IMG/VR virus record: IMGVR_UViG_2698536536_000002
Reading direction: 5' to 3' (one strand)
DNA length: 24,758 nt
Origin: a virus
Lineage: Duplodnaviria > Heunggongvirae > Uroviricota > Caudoviricetes
Shown here one piece after another: positions 7,346 to 15,564 of this stretch. Position numbers and translations under genes: made by a program. The notes beneath the pieces are model-generated. The model was not told the DNA's origin. It worked only from the letters and a program-made list of their open reading frames with translations, and ran no database searches. How positions within the stretch are numbered: position 1 is the stretch's first letter; each line of letters opens with the position of its first letter.

Positions 7346-8416
7346 ATGGCTAACGCCTGGCTCAGATTATGGCATGACATGCCAAATGACCCTAAGTGGC
7401 GAACAATTGCCAGGGTGTCAGGGCAGCCAATTGCAACAGTGATGGCAGTGTATATCCACCTCCTGGTGAGCGCGTCACGAAATGTCACGCGAGGTCACAT
7501 TGATGTCACGACAGAAGATTTGGCAAGTGCGCTCGACGTGACAGAAGAGGTAATTGATTCAATTTTGCAGACGATGCAGGGGCGGGTACTTGATGGTGAT
7601 TTAATCACTGGATGGGAAAAACGCCAGGTGCTGAAAGAGGACAACGGCAATATTTCGCAAACCGCAAAATCTCCGGCAGAGCGCAAGAGGGCGCAGCGAG
7701 AGAGGGAAAGAAAGCGGGAACAAAATGGCGATTGTCACGGCGAGTCACGAAATGTCACGCACATGTCACGACGAGTCACGACAGATAAAGATACAGATAA
7801 AGATACAGATCAAGAAGATCAAAACACTATGGTCCATGGCGTAAAAAACGCCACGAACCAGGCAGGGGATGTTCAGACCGTCACTCCTGGCCAGCCCGCA
7901 GGCACGACACCGGAAGCCGATTCAGCGTATGCGCTGAAAGCCGATTCGGGCGCTGTGCAGCAGGTGATGACCGCAAGGCAGGAGCAATCACACCAACTTC
8001 AGCAGCCTGAAGCCGATTCCGCCATTCAGCGGGAAGCCGATCGGGTAGTCCCGGAAAACACCGGGCAGCCTGTGGGACGAGTGGATTATCCTGATGTGTT
8101 CGAACAGGTCTGGCGGGAATACCCGTTGCGTGCCGGGGCAAACCCGAAGAAATCCGCTTTCAGTGCCTGGAAAGCCAGATTACGCGAGGGGGTGCCACCA
8201 GAGGCCATGCTGGATGGCGTGAGGCGTTACGCAAGATACCTTGCGGCTACCGGGAAAACGGGAACGGAATTTGTTCAGCGAGCGACGACGTTTTTTGGAC
8301 CGGACCGGCATTTTGAAAACCCCTGGCTGCTCCCGGTAAGCGGCACGAACAACCAGCGTTGTGTGAATCATATTTCTGAACCGGATAACGAAATTCCGCC
8401 GGGCTTCAGGGGGTAA
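7346..8416 (+). CDS. Replication initiation protein (YdaU-like, DUF1376-type N-terminal domain) with embedded origin iterons
   Basis: ATG at 7346 with GAGGTG RBS (the track's earlier start at 7340 is GTG). N-terminus (…WLRLWHDMPNDPKWRTIARVSG…) resembles phage replication-initiator N-domains. The gene contains two clusters of phased GTCAC repeats. Confidence 0.65.
   Translation: MANAWLRLWHDMPNDPKWRTIARVSGQPIATVMAVYIHLLVSASRNVTRGHIDVTTEDLASALDVTEEVIDSILQTMQGRVLDGDLITGWEKRQVLKEDNGNISQTAKSPAERKRAQRERERKREQNGDCHGESRNVTHMSRRVTTDKDTDKDTDQEDQNTMVHGVKNATNQAGDVQTVTPGQPAGTTPEADSAYALKADSGAVQQVMTARQEQSHQLQQPEADSAIQREADRVVPENTGQPVGRVDYPDVFEQVWREYPLRAGANPKKSAFSAWKARLREGVPPEAMLDGVRRYARYLAATGKTGTEFVQRATTFFGPDRHFENPWLLPVSGTNNQRCVNHISEPDNEIPPGFRG
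7474..7509. repeat. Iteron cluster 1: four GTCAC(G) repeats at ~10-bp phasing
   Basis: GTCAC at 7474, 7484, 7494 and 7505, read directly from the sequence. Confidence 0.6.
7734..7810. repeat. Iteron cluster 2: five GTCACG repeats at exactly 10-bp phasing, followed by an A-rich tandem repeat (putative ori)
   Basis: GTCAC at 7734, 7744, 7754, 7764 and 7774. Then GATAAAGATACA-GATAAAGATACA-GAT (7783-7810) and an A-rich stretch. Confidence 0.6.
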
Positions 8417-8456
8417 GTGTTAATTTCTGGTCATGAGGTAATTTTCAGGAGGGCTT

Positions 8457-8873
8457 GTGGCAAAAGTTTTTACACAAGAAGAGCGGGAAAAAATTAAAGG
8501 ACAGGTTCTTGAACTCGTACGCCAGAGTGGGCGCGAGACGTTACGACAACTGGAAGCTAAAACTGGGGCAACAAGATATCTGATGAGCGTTCTGGCCAGA
8601 GAGCTGGTTGCCAGTGGCGATGTATACAATTCTGGCTACGGGTTATTCCCGTCTGAACAGGCGCGTAAGGACTGGCAAAATGCCCGTAAAAAGCTCTCAA
8701 GGGCAAAGCTGAAGAAACCATCTGCGGTTGATCCGGACCTTATCTGGTCATTACCTGATGGAGAAATACGTCGTTACGACAGGCGTCATAATATGATTTG
8801 TACTGAGTGTCGTAAAAGCGAAGTTATGCAGCGCATATTGTCGTTTTATCAGGGGGATGTTCGGTTTTATTGA
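8457..8873 (+). CDS. Hypothetical protein (138 aa)
   Basis: GTG start at 8457 with CAGGAGGG RBS. No recognisable motif. Follows the replication gene on the same strand. Confidence 0.5.
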   Translation: MAKVFTQEEREKIKGQVLELVRQSGRETLRQLEAKTGATRYLMSVLARELVASGDVYNSGYGLFPSEQARKDWQNARKKLSRAKLKKPSAVDPDLIWSLPDGEIRRYDRRHNMICTECRKSEVMQRILSFYQGDVRFY

Positions 8874-9140
8874 AGTGACGAGATTAAAGTGCATTAGTTC
8901 AGATGCAAATTGACATTTTGTGGCACAGGGTAGAGCTAGCGTGGTTGTCCGCTTTGTGCCAACAGCGGACATTATGGAAGGTCAGAGTTAAAGATTAAAA
9001 TGGGATGCTGTGTGTTTTCTCCAGGTTTTGCTCTATACCTTTCGGGATACTCCACCGACAGAATACGAAAATCAACATTATCAACGGCTCGAAGTGTCTA
9101 GATTATCCATGGCAATTCATGGGAAATCCCATCCAACGGC

Positions 9141-10538
9141 TTATGCTTCATGTTGCTTTTTGAGATCGCTTCTAGCATAGCTCCACTCAATAATGTTGTC
9201 GGGTCGTTGCTGATCGAAAAGGATACGGGATTCAATACCATTACCTAAAAAGCTGGTATTCCCATCTACGTAAGAAGCTATCCCTTGTGAACCAACACGA
9301 AGAATATTTTCTAATGGCTGCTTTGTTCTTGCTGCATCGCTAAGGAGATATAAACCCGGGTACGTTTTGTTAGCACGGTGAAAAAAAAGTTCATTGTCAA
9401 AACACATGACGATGATTATTTGTCCCGACATGAGATCGGAGAGCATTTCAGTTGGCAGATGCAAACTCATAAATGGTCGAGACAAAGGGTCAAAGAATGA
9501 ATCATTTATATTCACAACAGGGCTTTTTATACCGAGACTATCCATCCATCCATTGAAGGCAACAAAGCCCATTTCAGAATCACGGTACATACCTAAGAAC
9601 AAACATTCATCAATAGTATCAATTGCCCAATTTTTTCCTCCGCGAATAATCTCCCACATTTTAACTAAGCGGTGGGTATAAAATTCAGACGGATGATCTA
9701 TCTCATTGATTTTAACTTTAGACTGATGAAAGTTGTCAAAGCCCTCGCCAGTATTAATCGCCTCCAGAACATTCATGCCACGAATGATTTGCCTTTTTAT
9801 GCGATTAAATTGCTTAACATCATTATCAGGCATATTGTTAATGAAGTTTTCTTCAAAGTGCGGACATTCTGAGATAACAGAAAATTCAGCAGCTTCATAA
9901 AGCTCATTATTCTTTTCACCTGTTTTAACTTCCACGAGCTGGAAGCCATCCAGTAGATTAAAGGTGACTAAATCTCCCACATGAACAAATGTGCTCATGT
10001 CAGAGACAATCGCTACGGAGTGTTTGTCCTGGTTGATAAGATCGGCTGCGACCATAGAATCAATTATGTTATCTTCTGATAGATTGTCATTGCTTGCATT
10101 AATAGGTAAACGCCGCAAACTAGAGTGTTCTTCATCAAGAATGCTCCAAATTATTGAGTCAATACAACGGCGAAGAATAAGAATTTCAAATTTTTTTAAA
10201 CTTATTTCATCAATACACTTTTCTTTATTTTCTTTATCCTTGTTTCGATGGTGCTCTTTTTTTTCAGTTTCCAATCTTTTTATATCTCTCAGCCGAATAA
10301 TAATCTCAAAAGATATGATTTTTTGTGAGTCTTTCCAATTTTTGAGACAGGTTTCATACTCTGCAAGAAAATCCTCATCATTGGAAGGTAGTTCTTGAAT
10401 TGGATTCCCTCCCCTTATCATTTTGGCAAGTGCATGCATTAAAGATACATAATGAGGTGATAAAATTGTCCAAAACTTCCTAAACGGTTTGTACTTTTCA
10501 AGAAAAGTTGACTCATCAGTATAATTCATCATAACCAA
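9141..10538 (-). CDS. Hypothetical 465-aa protein, possible PD-(D/E)xK-type nuclease; downstream partner of the AbiH-like gene
   Basis: Long AT-rich ORF with GAGG RBS. Central motif …AIVSDMSTFVHVGDLVTFNLLDGFQLVEVKTGEK… fits the D…(D/E)xK pattern of restriction-like nucleases (inference only). Co-oriented 83 bp downstream of the AbiH-like gene. Confidence 0.7.
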   Translation of the reverse strand: MVMMNYTDESTFLEKYKPFRKFWTILSPHYVSLMHALAKMIRGGNPIQELPSNDEDFLAEYETCLKNWKDSQKIISFEIIIRLRDIKRLETEKKEHHRNKDKENKEKCIDEISLKKFEILILRRCIDSIIWSILDEEHSSLRRLPINASNDNLSEDNIIDSMVAADLINQDKHSVAIVSDMSTFVHVGDLVTFNLLDGFQLVEVKTGEKNNELYEAAEFSVISECPHFEENFINNMPDNDVKQFNRIKRQIIRGMNVLEAINTGEGFDNFHQSKVKINEIDHPSEFYTHRLVKMWEIIRGGKNWAIDTIDECLFLGMYRDSEMGFVAFNGWMDSLGIKSPVVNINDSFFDPLSRPFMSLHLPTEMLSDLMSGQIIIVMCFDNELFFHRANKTYPGLYLLSDAARTKQPLENILRVGSQGIASYVDGNTSFLGNGIESRILFDQQRPDNIIEWSYARSDLKKQHEA

Positions 10539-10621
10539 ACCTCATTCCTCTTATCTATTTTCCTCAAGGTATAAAATACCAGCCTTTTTTACATAATTAT
10601 AGTTATAATATGAAGTCTCAT

Positions 10622-11491
10622 TCAGATATCTTCATACTGTACGTAAGAAATATTTGAGCCTCTGATACCATAATCTTCTAAACTGCCTGATTTTTTCTCA
10701 CCTCTATATAAAGCAACTATCCATCGAGCATTTTCTTGGATGCTTTTATTTATTTCAGTAAAGTATTCACCGTCAACTTCGGCGAGCGAGTGGCCTAAAA
10801 CGATGACCTCGTCCACATTTTTAAGCGATGAGAAAAAAACGTTTTCTTCTTTAATTATGTCTTCGCTGGGCTTGAATGTATTACCGAAGTATTCGTTTAT
10901 TCTGTCGTATGCCTCTGCTATTCTTGTATCTTGATCCGGTCCTATATATGGATTTAGTGACTTTTCCACCCTAAAACTATGACCAAGTATGAGATCGTCA
11001 TCGTAACTACAATTGCCGTGAATATGTATGATTTGCTCGTCTGGAACGGCATAGATCTGCTGCAAGGTATTTGTATAATTAAATGAAAAATAGATGCTTT
11101 CTCTTGGTATGGGCGGGATGTATTGCTTAGGATTGTAAGCATCGGCTATGTTAATCCCTTTAACCCAATCAGCGAATTGCTCCTTCAAACGAGCTGACAG
11201 CATTTGTGTGATTTTATTTACTTCATATTGGTAATCGTGATGATAAGCATCGCTCCAATCATCGGTATTGTATGAAGCCAAAAATATCTCACTGTTTTGA
11301 AGGATAAGCTCATAATCAATTTCACCTAAAGCATTTTCTAACTCATTCCACTCGTCCCCAGCAGGAATGTATTCTTCTATCGCGTCATATAGATCTTGGT
11401 CATTTTTTTCTACATACGACTTAAAGTGCTTGTATCCTGTTGGTAAGCCATGACGCATGTCAAATCCATTTCCTATTATGTAAAGCCTCAT
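10622..11491 (-). CDS. AbiH-like abortive-infection family protein
   Basis: From the ATG at 11491 (AAGGGA RBS) the product begins MRLYIIGNGFDMRHGLPTGYKHF…, which matches the N-terminal signature I associate with AbiH-family proteins. AT-rich codon usage. The track's longer ORF begins at 11542. Confidence 0.6.
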   Translation of the reverse strand: MRLYIIGNGFDMRHGLPTGYKHFKSYVEKNDQDLYDAIEEYIPAGDEWNELENALGEIDYELILQNSEIFLASYNTDDWSDAYHHDYQYEVNKITQMLSARLKEQFADWVKGINIADAYNPKQYIPPIPRESIYFSFNYTNTLQQIYAVPDEQIIHIHGNCSYDDDLILGHSFRVEKSLNPYIGPDQDTRIAEAYDRINEYFGNTFKPSEDIIKEENVFFSSLKNVDEVIVLGHSLAEVDGEYFTEINKSIQENARWIVALYRGEKKSGSLEDYGIRGSNISYVQYEDI

Positions 11492-11807
11492 TGTTTTTCC
11501 CTTAGTCGAATTGTATAAAAATACTAACATGGCCTGCTCCACGTTGACTACTATCCCCTCCTTTGAGTAATGCCTTCATCAGATGTAACAACATTTGCGA
11601 GCTTCCACAGTTCGCTCAAAGCGGACTAGAAGGTTAGCTTGCGTCGGACTTGGCGTATTTAAAGAAGTGCTGGTGGAGACTGGTTGTTGTGTTCCATTTC
11701 TACAGAACAAAATCACAGAAACTATACCCAATAGTTATATTGAATCAATGATGAGACAGCCTCATATTTATCAGGACTGGTGTACGTCCAATACAGGAGG
11801 TTGTCGT

Positions 11808-11897
11808 GCTGGTTCTCAAATGTGCGCTAGCTATTGCGGCTGTAATGGCAATTTATTGTCTTGCTGTTGTTCTTACGGATCGCCTTTCTGATTGATT
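11808..11897 (+). CDS. Candidate 29-aa hydrophobic peptide (type I toxin-like / degenerate hok-like)
   Basis: GTG at 11808 sits 7 nt after a perfect AGGAGG (11795-11800). Product MLVLKCALAIAAVMAIYCLAVVLTDRLSD is a single predicted TM helix. Below the ORF-track size cutoff. Confidence 0.3.
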
Positions 11898-12106
11898 TTA
11901 TATTGGCGAGGTGACGTGAGTTAAGTAGAATTGCTGCGGGTGCTTGAGGCTATCTGCCTCAGGCATGAACACCAAAGGCAGATAGAGAAAAGCCCCAGTT
12001 AACATTACGCGTCCTGCAAGACGCTTAACATTAATCTGAGGCCAATTTCATGCTAGACACATGTAGGTTAGCCTCTTACGTGCCGAAAGGCAAGGAGAAG
12101 CAGGCT

Positions 12107-12262
12107 ATGAAGCAGCAAAAGGCGATGTTAATCGCCCTGATCGTCATCTGTTTAACCGTCATAGTGACGGCACTGGTAACGAGGAAAGACCTCTGCGAGG
12201 TACGAATCCGAACCGGCCAGACGGAGGTCGCTGTCTTCACAGCTTACGAACCTGAGGAGTAA
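12107..12262 (+). CDS. hokD: Hok/Gef-family type I toxin (HokD/RelF-like)
   Basis: 51-aa product MKQQKAMLIALIVICLTVIVTALVTRKDLCEVRIRTGQTEVAVFTAYEPEE matches the remembered HokD/RelF sequence. AAGGAG RBS at 12092-12097. Flanked by a 10-bp-stem hairpin upstream (11950-11985) and a 9-bp hairpin (12270-12291) plus terminator downstream. Confidence 0.85.
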   Translation: MKQQKAMLIALIVICLTVIVTALVTRKDLCEVRIRTGQTEVAVFTAYEPEE

Positions 12263-12330
12263 GAGACCAGGCGAGGGAGAAATCCCTCGCCACCTCTGAT
12301 GTGTCAGGCATCCTCAATGCACCCGCACTT

Positions 12331-12354
12331 AACCCGCTTCGGCGGGTTTATTTT
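12331..12354 (+). terminator. Rho-independent terminator after hok
   Basis: AACCCGC-TTCG-GCGGGTT stem-loop followed by TATTTT. Confidence 0.5.
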
Positions 12355-12720
12355 ATCTGTAAATATTTTTATAAAAATAATGCCCACACACAGCATAAAA
12401 CAAAAAGTATCACAGATAAAAAAGGAGCGTAATGTGCAGATTTGTTGTTTTCCATATTTACTCACTTTAACATAATCAAAATTGATATGGTTGTTGTTTT
12501 GGTGGTTTCAAACGAGATGTTATGGTGATCTGGTAAAATTGCATAACATTAAAATTTAATTTATCTAATCGCTTTTAATAATAAGCGTTGTGTTTATCCC
12601 AACAATCTGTTGTTTGATTTTTATTCCATTAATGTAGGGGCTTTACACTGGAACCAGTTTATTTATACTTTATACGCCAGCCTGAACAACTGGCACCTGC
12701 TGCGCCAGCAGAGACAACCG

Positions 12721-12999
12721 ATGGCGCACGATACCAAATTACACAATTCTGATGATTCTGCCGTCTTTGCCAGCAGGTGCGGACGGCGTTTTCATGCATT
12801 CAAATCGGACTGGTTCCAGCATCCACCATGCACTGAAGAGCAGGCTGAATGGATAATTCAGTGTTACCGCAGGCGCGGATACGAGGTTAAAAAAGCCCTT
12901 AGCCTCGACTACCGTCACTGGATAATCTCAGTCAGATTGCCTTACTCCGAACGCCCACCGCGTCCGTCCCGTACATTCCAGCAACGCATCTGGAGGTAA
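12721..12999 (+). CDS. Hypothetical protein (about 92 aa; start uncertain)
   Basis: ORF ends 1 nt before the GTG start of the downstream DUF968 gene, with that gene's GGAGG RBS inside its 3' end. The ATG at 12721 lacks a clear RBS; the track ORF begins at a TTG at 12610. Occupies the position of rem in Qin. Confidence 0.4.
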   Translation: MAHDTKLHNSDDSAVFASRCGRRFHAFKSDWFQHPPCTEEQAEWIIQCYRRRGYEVKKALSLDYRHWIISVRLPYSERPPRPSRTFQQRIWR

Positions 13000-13000
13000 C

Positions 13001-14050
13001 GTGCGGGTATTACTTCGACCTGTTCTGGTACCGGAACTCGGGCTGGTGGTCGTTAAGCCGGGCCGTGAATCCATGCCGGTATTCCACAATACCCGGGTAC
13101 TGGTGGAGCCGGAACCGAAAAGCATGCGTAATCTGCCGTCCGGGGTCGTTCCTGCCGTTCGCCAGCCGCTGGTGGAAGACAAAACATTGCTGCCGTTTTT
13201 CAGTAACGCACGGGTAATTCGTGCTGCTGGTGGTGCTGGTGCATTGTCTGACTGGCTGTTGCGCCATATTAAATCCTGCCAGTGGCCACACGGCGATTAT
13301 CATCACAGCGAAACCGTTATTCACCGTTATGGTACCGGCGCAATGGTGTTGTGCTGGCACTGCGACAACCAGCTGCGTGACCAGACATCCGAATCACTCG
13401 AGCAACTTGCTCATCAAAATCTGTCAGCATGGATGATTGACGTCATCGGTCACGCAATAAGCGGTACGCAGGAGCGTGAATTATCTCTGGCTGAATTATC
13501 CTGGTGGGCGGTCTGCAATCAGGTGGTGGATGCACTACCTGAGGCTGTATCGCGTCGTTCGCTGGGATTACCAGCGGAAAAAATCTGCTCGGTGTACCGC
13601 GAAAGCGACATCGTACCGGGAGAGCAGACCGCCACCAGCATACTGAAACAGCGCACAAAAAATCTTGCGCCGCTGCCTCACGCCCACCAGCAACAGAACC
13701 CACCACAGGAAAAGACGGTGGTCAGCATTGCCGTTGATCCTGAGTCTCCGGAATCTTTCATGAAACGACCTAAACGTCGCCGCTGGGTTAACGAGAAATA
13801 CAAACGCTGGGTGAAGACACAGCCGTGTGCGTGTTGTGGTAAGCCAGCCGACGATCCCCATCACCTGATTGGTCATGGTCAGGGCGGAATGGGGACAAAA
13901 TCTCACGATATTTTCACGCTACCGCTGTGTCGGGAGCATCACAACGAGCTTCATGCGGATCCTCTGGCGTTCGAAGAAAAGCATGGTTCTCAGGTTGATT
14001 TAATTTTTCGTTTTCTTGATCACGCCTTTGCAACTGGCGTGCTTGGGTAA
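13001..14050 (+). CDS. ydfU: DUF968-family protein with C-terminal HNH-like motif (YdfU-like)
   Basis: 349 aa, GTG start with GGAGG RBS. C-terminal …PCACCGKPADDPHHLIGHGQGGMGTKSHDIFTLPLCREHHNELH… is characteristic of the DUF968/HNH-like family. Same length and position as Qin ydfU, upstream of Q. Confidence 0.75.
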   Translation: MRVLLRPVLVPELGLVVVKPGRESMPVFHNTRVLVEPEPKSMRNLPSGVVPAVRQPLVEDKTLLPFFSNARVIRAAGGAGALSDWLLRHIKSCQWPHGDYHHSETVIHRYGTGAMVLCWHCDNQLRDQTSESLEQLAHQNLSAWMIDVIGHAISGTQERELSLAELSWWAVCNQVVDALPEAVSRRSLGLPAEKICSVYRESDIVPGEQTATSILKQRTKNLAPLPHAHQQQNPPQEKTVVSIAVDPESPESFMKRPKRRRWVNEKYKRWVKTQPCACCGKPADDPHHLIGHGQGGMGTKSHDIFTLPLCREHHNELHADPLAFEEKHGSQVDLIFRFLDHAFATGVLG

Positions 14051-14062
14051 AAGAGGTGACTG

Positions 14063-14419
14063 ATGCTCATAGATTTGGTTTTACCTTACCCGCCGACGGT
14101 GAACACTTACTGGCGACGCCGTGGCAGCACATATTTTATCTCGGAGGAGGGAAAGCGTTATCGCCGGGCTGTGGCGCTTATTGTTCGCCAGCAGCGGCTG
14201 AAATTAAGCCTGTCCGGAAGGCTGGCGATAAAGGTGATTGCAGAGCCACCGGATAAGCGTCGTCGCGACCTGGACAATATCCTGAAAGCACCGCTGGATG
14301 CGCTGACGCATGCGGGAGTGTTAATGGACGATGAGCAGTTTGATGAAATCAATATCGTTCGTGGTCAGCCAGTATCTGGCGGACGTCTGGGGGTGAAGAT
14401 TTACCCCATAATGCATTAA
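14063..14419 (+). CDS. rusA: Holliday-junction resolvase RusA
   Basis: 118 aa with conserved …PPDKRRRDLDNILKAPLDALTHAGVLMDDEQ… (RusA catalytic Asp cluster). AAGAGGTGA RBS. Confidence 0.85.
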   Translation: MLIDLVLPYPPTVNTYWRRRGSTYFISEEGKRYRRAVALIVRQQRLKLSLSGRLAIKVIAEPPDKRRRDLDNILKAPLDALTHAGVLMDDEQFDEINIVRGQPVSGGRLGVKIYPIMH

Positions 14420-14433
14420 GAGCAGGTCAAAAA

Positions 14434-15255
14434 ATGAAACTGGAAGATTTACCGAAATACTACTCCCCAAAATCCCCTGGCCTGACCGATGCATCGGCCT
14501 CAACGTCAAAAGATGCGCTGAGTATCACTGATGTGATGGCCGCGCAGGGCATGACACAGAATCGGGCTGAGATGGGTTTTTCTGCGTTCCTGGGGAAAAT
14601 GGGCATCAGTATGAATGACAGGGCGCGGGCAACAGAATTACTGGCAGATTATGCACTCAGTCGGTGCGATCGTGTGGCGGCGTTGAGAAAACTTCCGGCA
14701 GAAATAAAACCGGTAGTGATGCGCATTATGGCTTCGTACGCTTTTGAGGATTATGCCCGCAGCGCAGCGAGTAAAAAGCAGTGCCCTTGTTGCTATGGGG
14801 AAAAATTTATTGAAAGCATAGTTTTTACAAACAAGGTCCAGTATCCGGATGGTAAGCCGCCGGTATGGGCAAAGTGTACGAAAGGTGTGTATCCGTCTTA
14901 CTGGGAAGAATGGAAAAAAGTCAGGGAGGTGGTAAAAGTTGCCTGTCCGGAGTGTGGCGGAAAGGGTGAGGTTTCCACCGCCTGTAAGGATTGCCGTGGG
15001 CGTGGTGTCGCCATTCATCGTGAAGAGTCGGTAAAACGTGGTATGCCTGTTATCAGAGACTGCCAGCGTTGTGGTGGTCGTGGCTATGAAAGACTACCAT
15101 CAACGGAGGCATTTAATGCTATATGCGAGGTGACAAACCAGATAACACGCGCGTCATGGGAAAAAACAGTTAAGAAATTCTATGATGCGCTGGTGACCCG
15201 GTTTGATATTGAAGAAGCATGGGCTGAGCGGCAGTTAAAAAAGGTAACTAGGTAA
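14434..15255 (+). CDS. Late-gene antitermination protein Q
   Basis: 273 aa with a Cys-rich zinc-binding region (CPECGGKGE…CKDCRGRG…CQRCGGRGYE). Located immediately before a promoter/terminator/tRNA/lysis arrangement, as for lambdoid Q. Confidence 0.8.
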   Translation: MKLEDLPKYYSPKSPGLTDASASTSKDALSITDVMAAQGMTQNRAEMGFSAFLGKMGISMNDRARATELLADYALSRCDRVAALRKLPAEIKPVVMRIMASYAFEDYARSAASKKQCPCCYGEKFIESIVFTNKVQYPDGKPPVWAKCTKGVYPSYWEEWKKVREVVKVACPECGGKGEVSTACKDCRGRGVAIHREESVKRGMPVIRDCQRCGGRGYERLPSTEAFNAICEVTNQITRASWEKTVKKFYDALVTRFDIEEAWAERQLKKVTR

Positions 15256-15326
15256 CAAGGTTGATTTTTCCGGAATCTGTGGTAAATTCGTCATAATGAT
15301 GGGCTTTTTATGCCTGACGTTAGAAG

Positions 15327-15350
15327 AGTTTCTACAACCCGCCGCCGAGC
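15327..15350 (+). terminator. Intrinsic terminator downstream of Q (tR'-like target of Q antitermination)
   Basis: ACCCGC-CGCCGA-GCGGGT hairpin followed by TTTTTTATT. The late promoter and qut site are expected within 15256-15326 but could not be defined confidently. Confidence 0.5.
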
Positions 15351-15387
15351 GGGTTTTTTATTGCGGAATTAATTACGGACCGTTATT

Positions 15388-15463
15388 ATTCTGCTCCCGG
15401 CCCTTTAGCTCAGTGGTGAGAGCGAGCGACTCATAATCGCCAGGTCGCTGGTTCAAATCCAGC
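15388..15463 (+). tRNA. tRNA with CAU anticodon (tRNA-Ile2/ileZ-like, or Met)
   Basis: 76-nt cloverleaf drawn by hand: acceptor GGCCCTT/AAGGGCC, D-stem GCTC/GAGC, anticodon loop CTCATAA, T-stem GCTGG/CCAGC, T-loop TTCAAAT, 3' ACCA. Confidence 0.85.
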
Positions 15464-15564
15464 AAGGGCCACCATCACAAACCGCCATTAGCTTATCAGG
15501 AAGAGCAGACGACACGATAACAGGGTTGTTGGTGCGGGGGCGGGTCCCCGATGGCGGTCCATTA

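Noticed and set aside
8910-8940. Promoter call based on the perfect TTGACA at 8910-8915
   Set aside because: No acceptable -10 hexamer at 16-18 bp spacing (only GAGCTA/AGAGCT), so not called as a promoter; kept as part of a structural observation.
11595-11891. 98-aa Cys-rich ORF (MRASTVRSK…CCCSYGSPF) in the abiH-hok intergenic region
   Set aside because: No RBS and odd Cys/Gly-rich composition. The same DNA holds a better-supported 29-aa ORF in another frame with a perfect Shine-Dalgarno sequence.
12050-12106. The 70-aa track ORF as a mok-like overlapping frame for hok
   Set aside because: It is an in-frame N-terminal extension of hok, not an overlapping different-frame ORF as in classical mok. 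The hok start at 12107 has a proper AAGGAG RBS, so the extension is probably not the functional start.
15464-15564. A third tRNA (argO-like) between the two tRNAs
   Set aside because: I could not fold a cloverleaf from this 100-bp spacer by eye. Only two tRNAs are supported; prediction software should confirm.
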